Assembly (NCBI GenBank): GCA_023266845.1
Contig: JAHFPH010000004.1
Location: 1-57,971 of the forward strand
Reading direction: 5' to 3'
Origin: Rhodospirillaceae bacterium
GTDB taxonomy: Bacteria; Pseudomonadota; Alphaproteobacteria; JAEULC01
Length of the DNA: 57,971 nucleotides
Below the pieces are notes generated by a model. It had not been told where the DNA came from. It did not search any database and saw nothing but the letters and a program-made list of their open reading frames with translations. The translations under genes and the position numbers were made by a program. Of this stretch, positions 57,971 through 57,971 are shown piece after piece. How positions within the stretch are numbered: position 1 is the first letter of the stretch; each line of letters starts with the position of its first letter.

Positions 57971-57971
57971 C

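Overview
GC-rich, densely coding chromosomal window. Gene content and intergenic palindromes suggest an Alphaproteobacterium (inference). I saw no rRNA, tRNA, CRISPR array, transposase or phage genes. The window holds about 46 catabolic, transport and regulatory genes in five blocks. (1) 1-19.4 kb: a methylated-amine/betaine-type catabolic island with a Tat-exported ABC binding protein, an IPNS-family Fe(II)/2OG oxygenase, two dimethylglycine-dehydrogenase-like GcvT flavoproteins, two non-pyrrolysine MttB-family methyltransferases, a DddP-like M24 enzyme, an enolase-superfamily enzyme, a disrupted alpha/beta hydrolase and soxBDAG. (2) 19.5-26.9 kb: a short ModE, modABC with a ModE box, a stand-alone AraC domain, a NitT/TauT ABC system and a chimeric gene remnant. 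(3) 27-37.9 kb: MFS transporter, 2-hydroxyacid dehydrogenase, amidohydrolase, MlrC/M81 peptidase and a full Dpp/Opp ABC system. (4) 37.9-45.2 kb: SelA/DgaE-like PLP enzyme, COG3964-type amidohydrolase, a MocR regulator whose PLP lysine is replaced by Arg, and an AfuAB-like transporter with no ATPase. (5) 45.2-58 kb: oxidative sugar catabolism genes (Gfo/Idh/MocA, TIM-barrel isomerase, lactonase, XylB-like SDR, FadR, aldose epimerase), two more Fbp/Afu-type ABC systems and a secreted hypothetical protein. The best candidates for undescribed biology are the enolase-DddP-like-MttB operon within the duplicated demethylation island and the Lys-less MocR/SelA-like/AfuA module. All family calls come from motif recognition by eye; no database searches were run.
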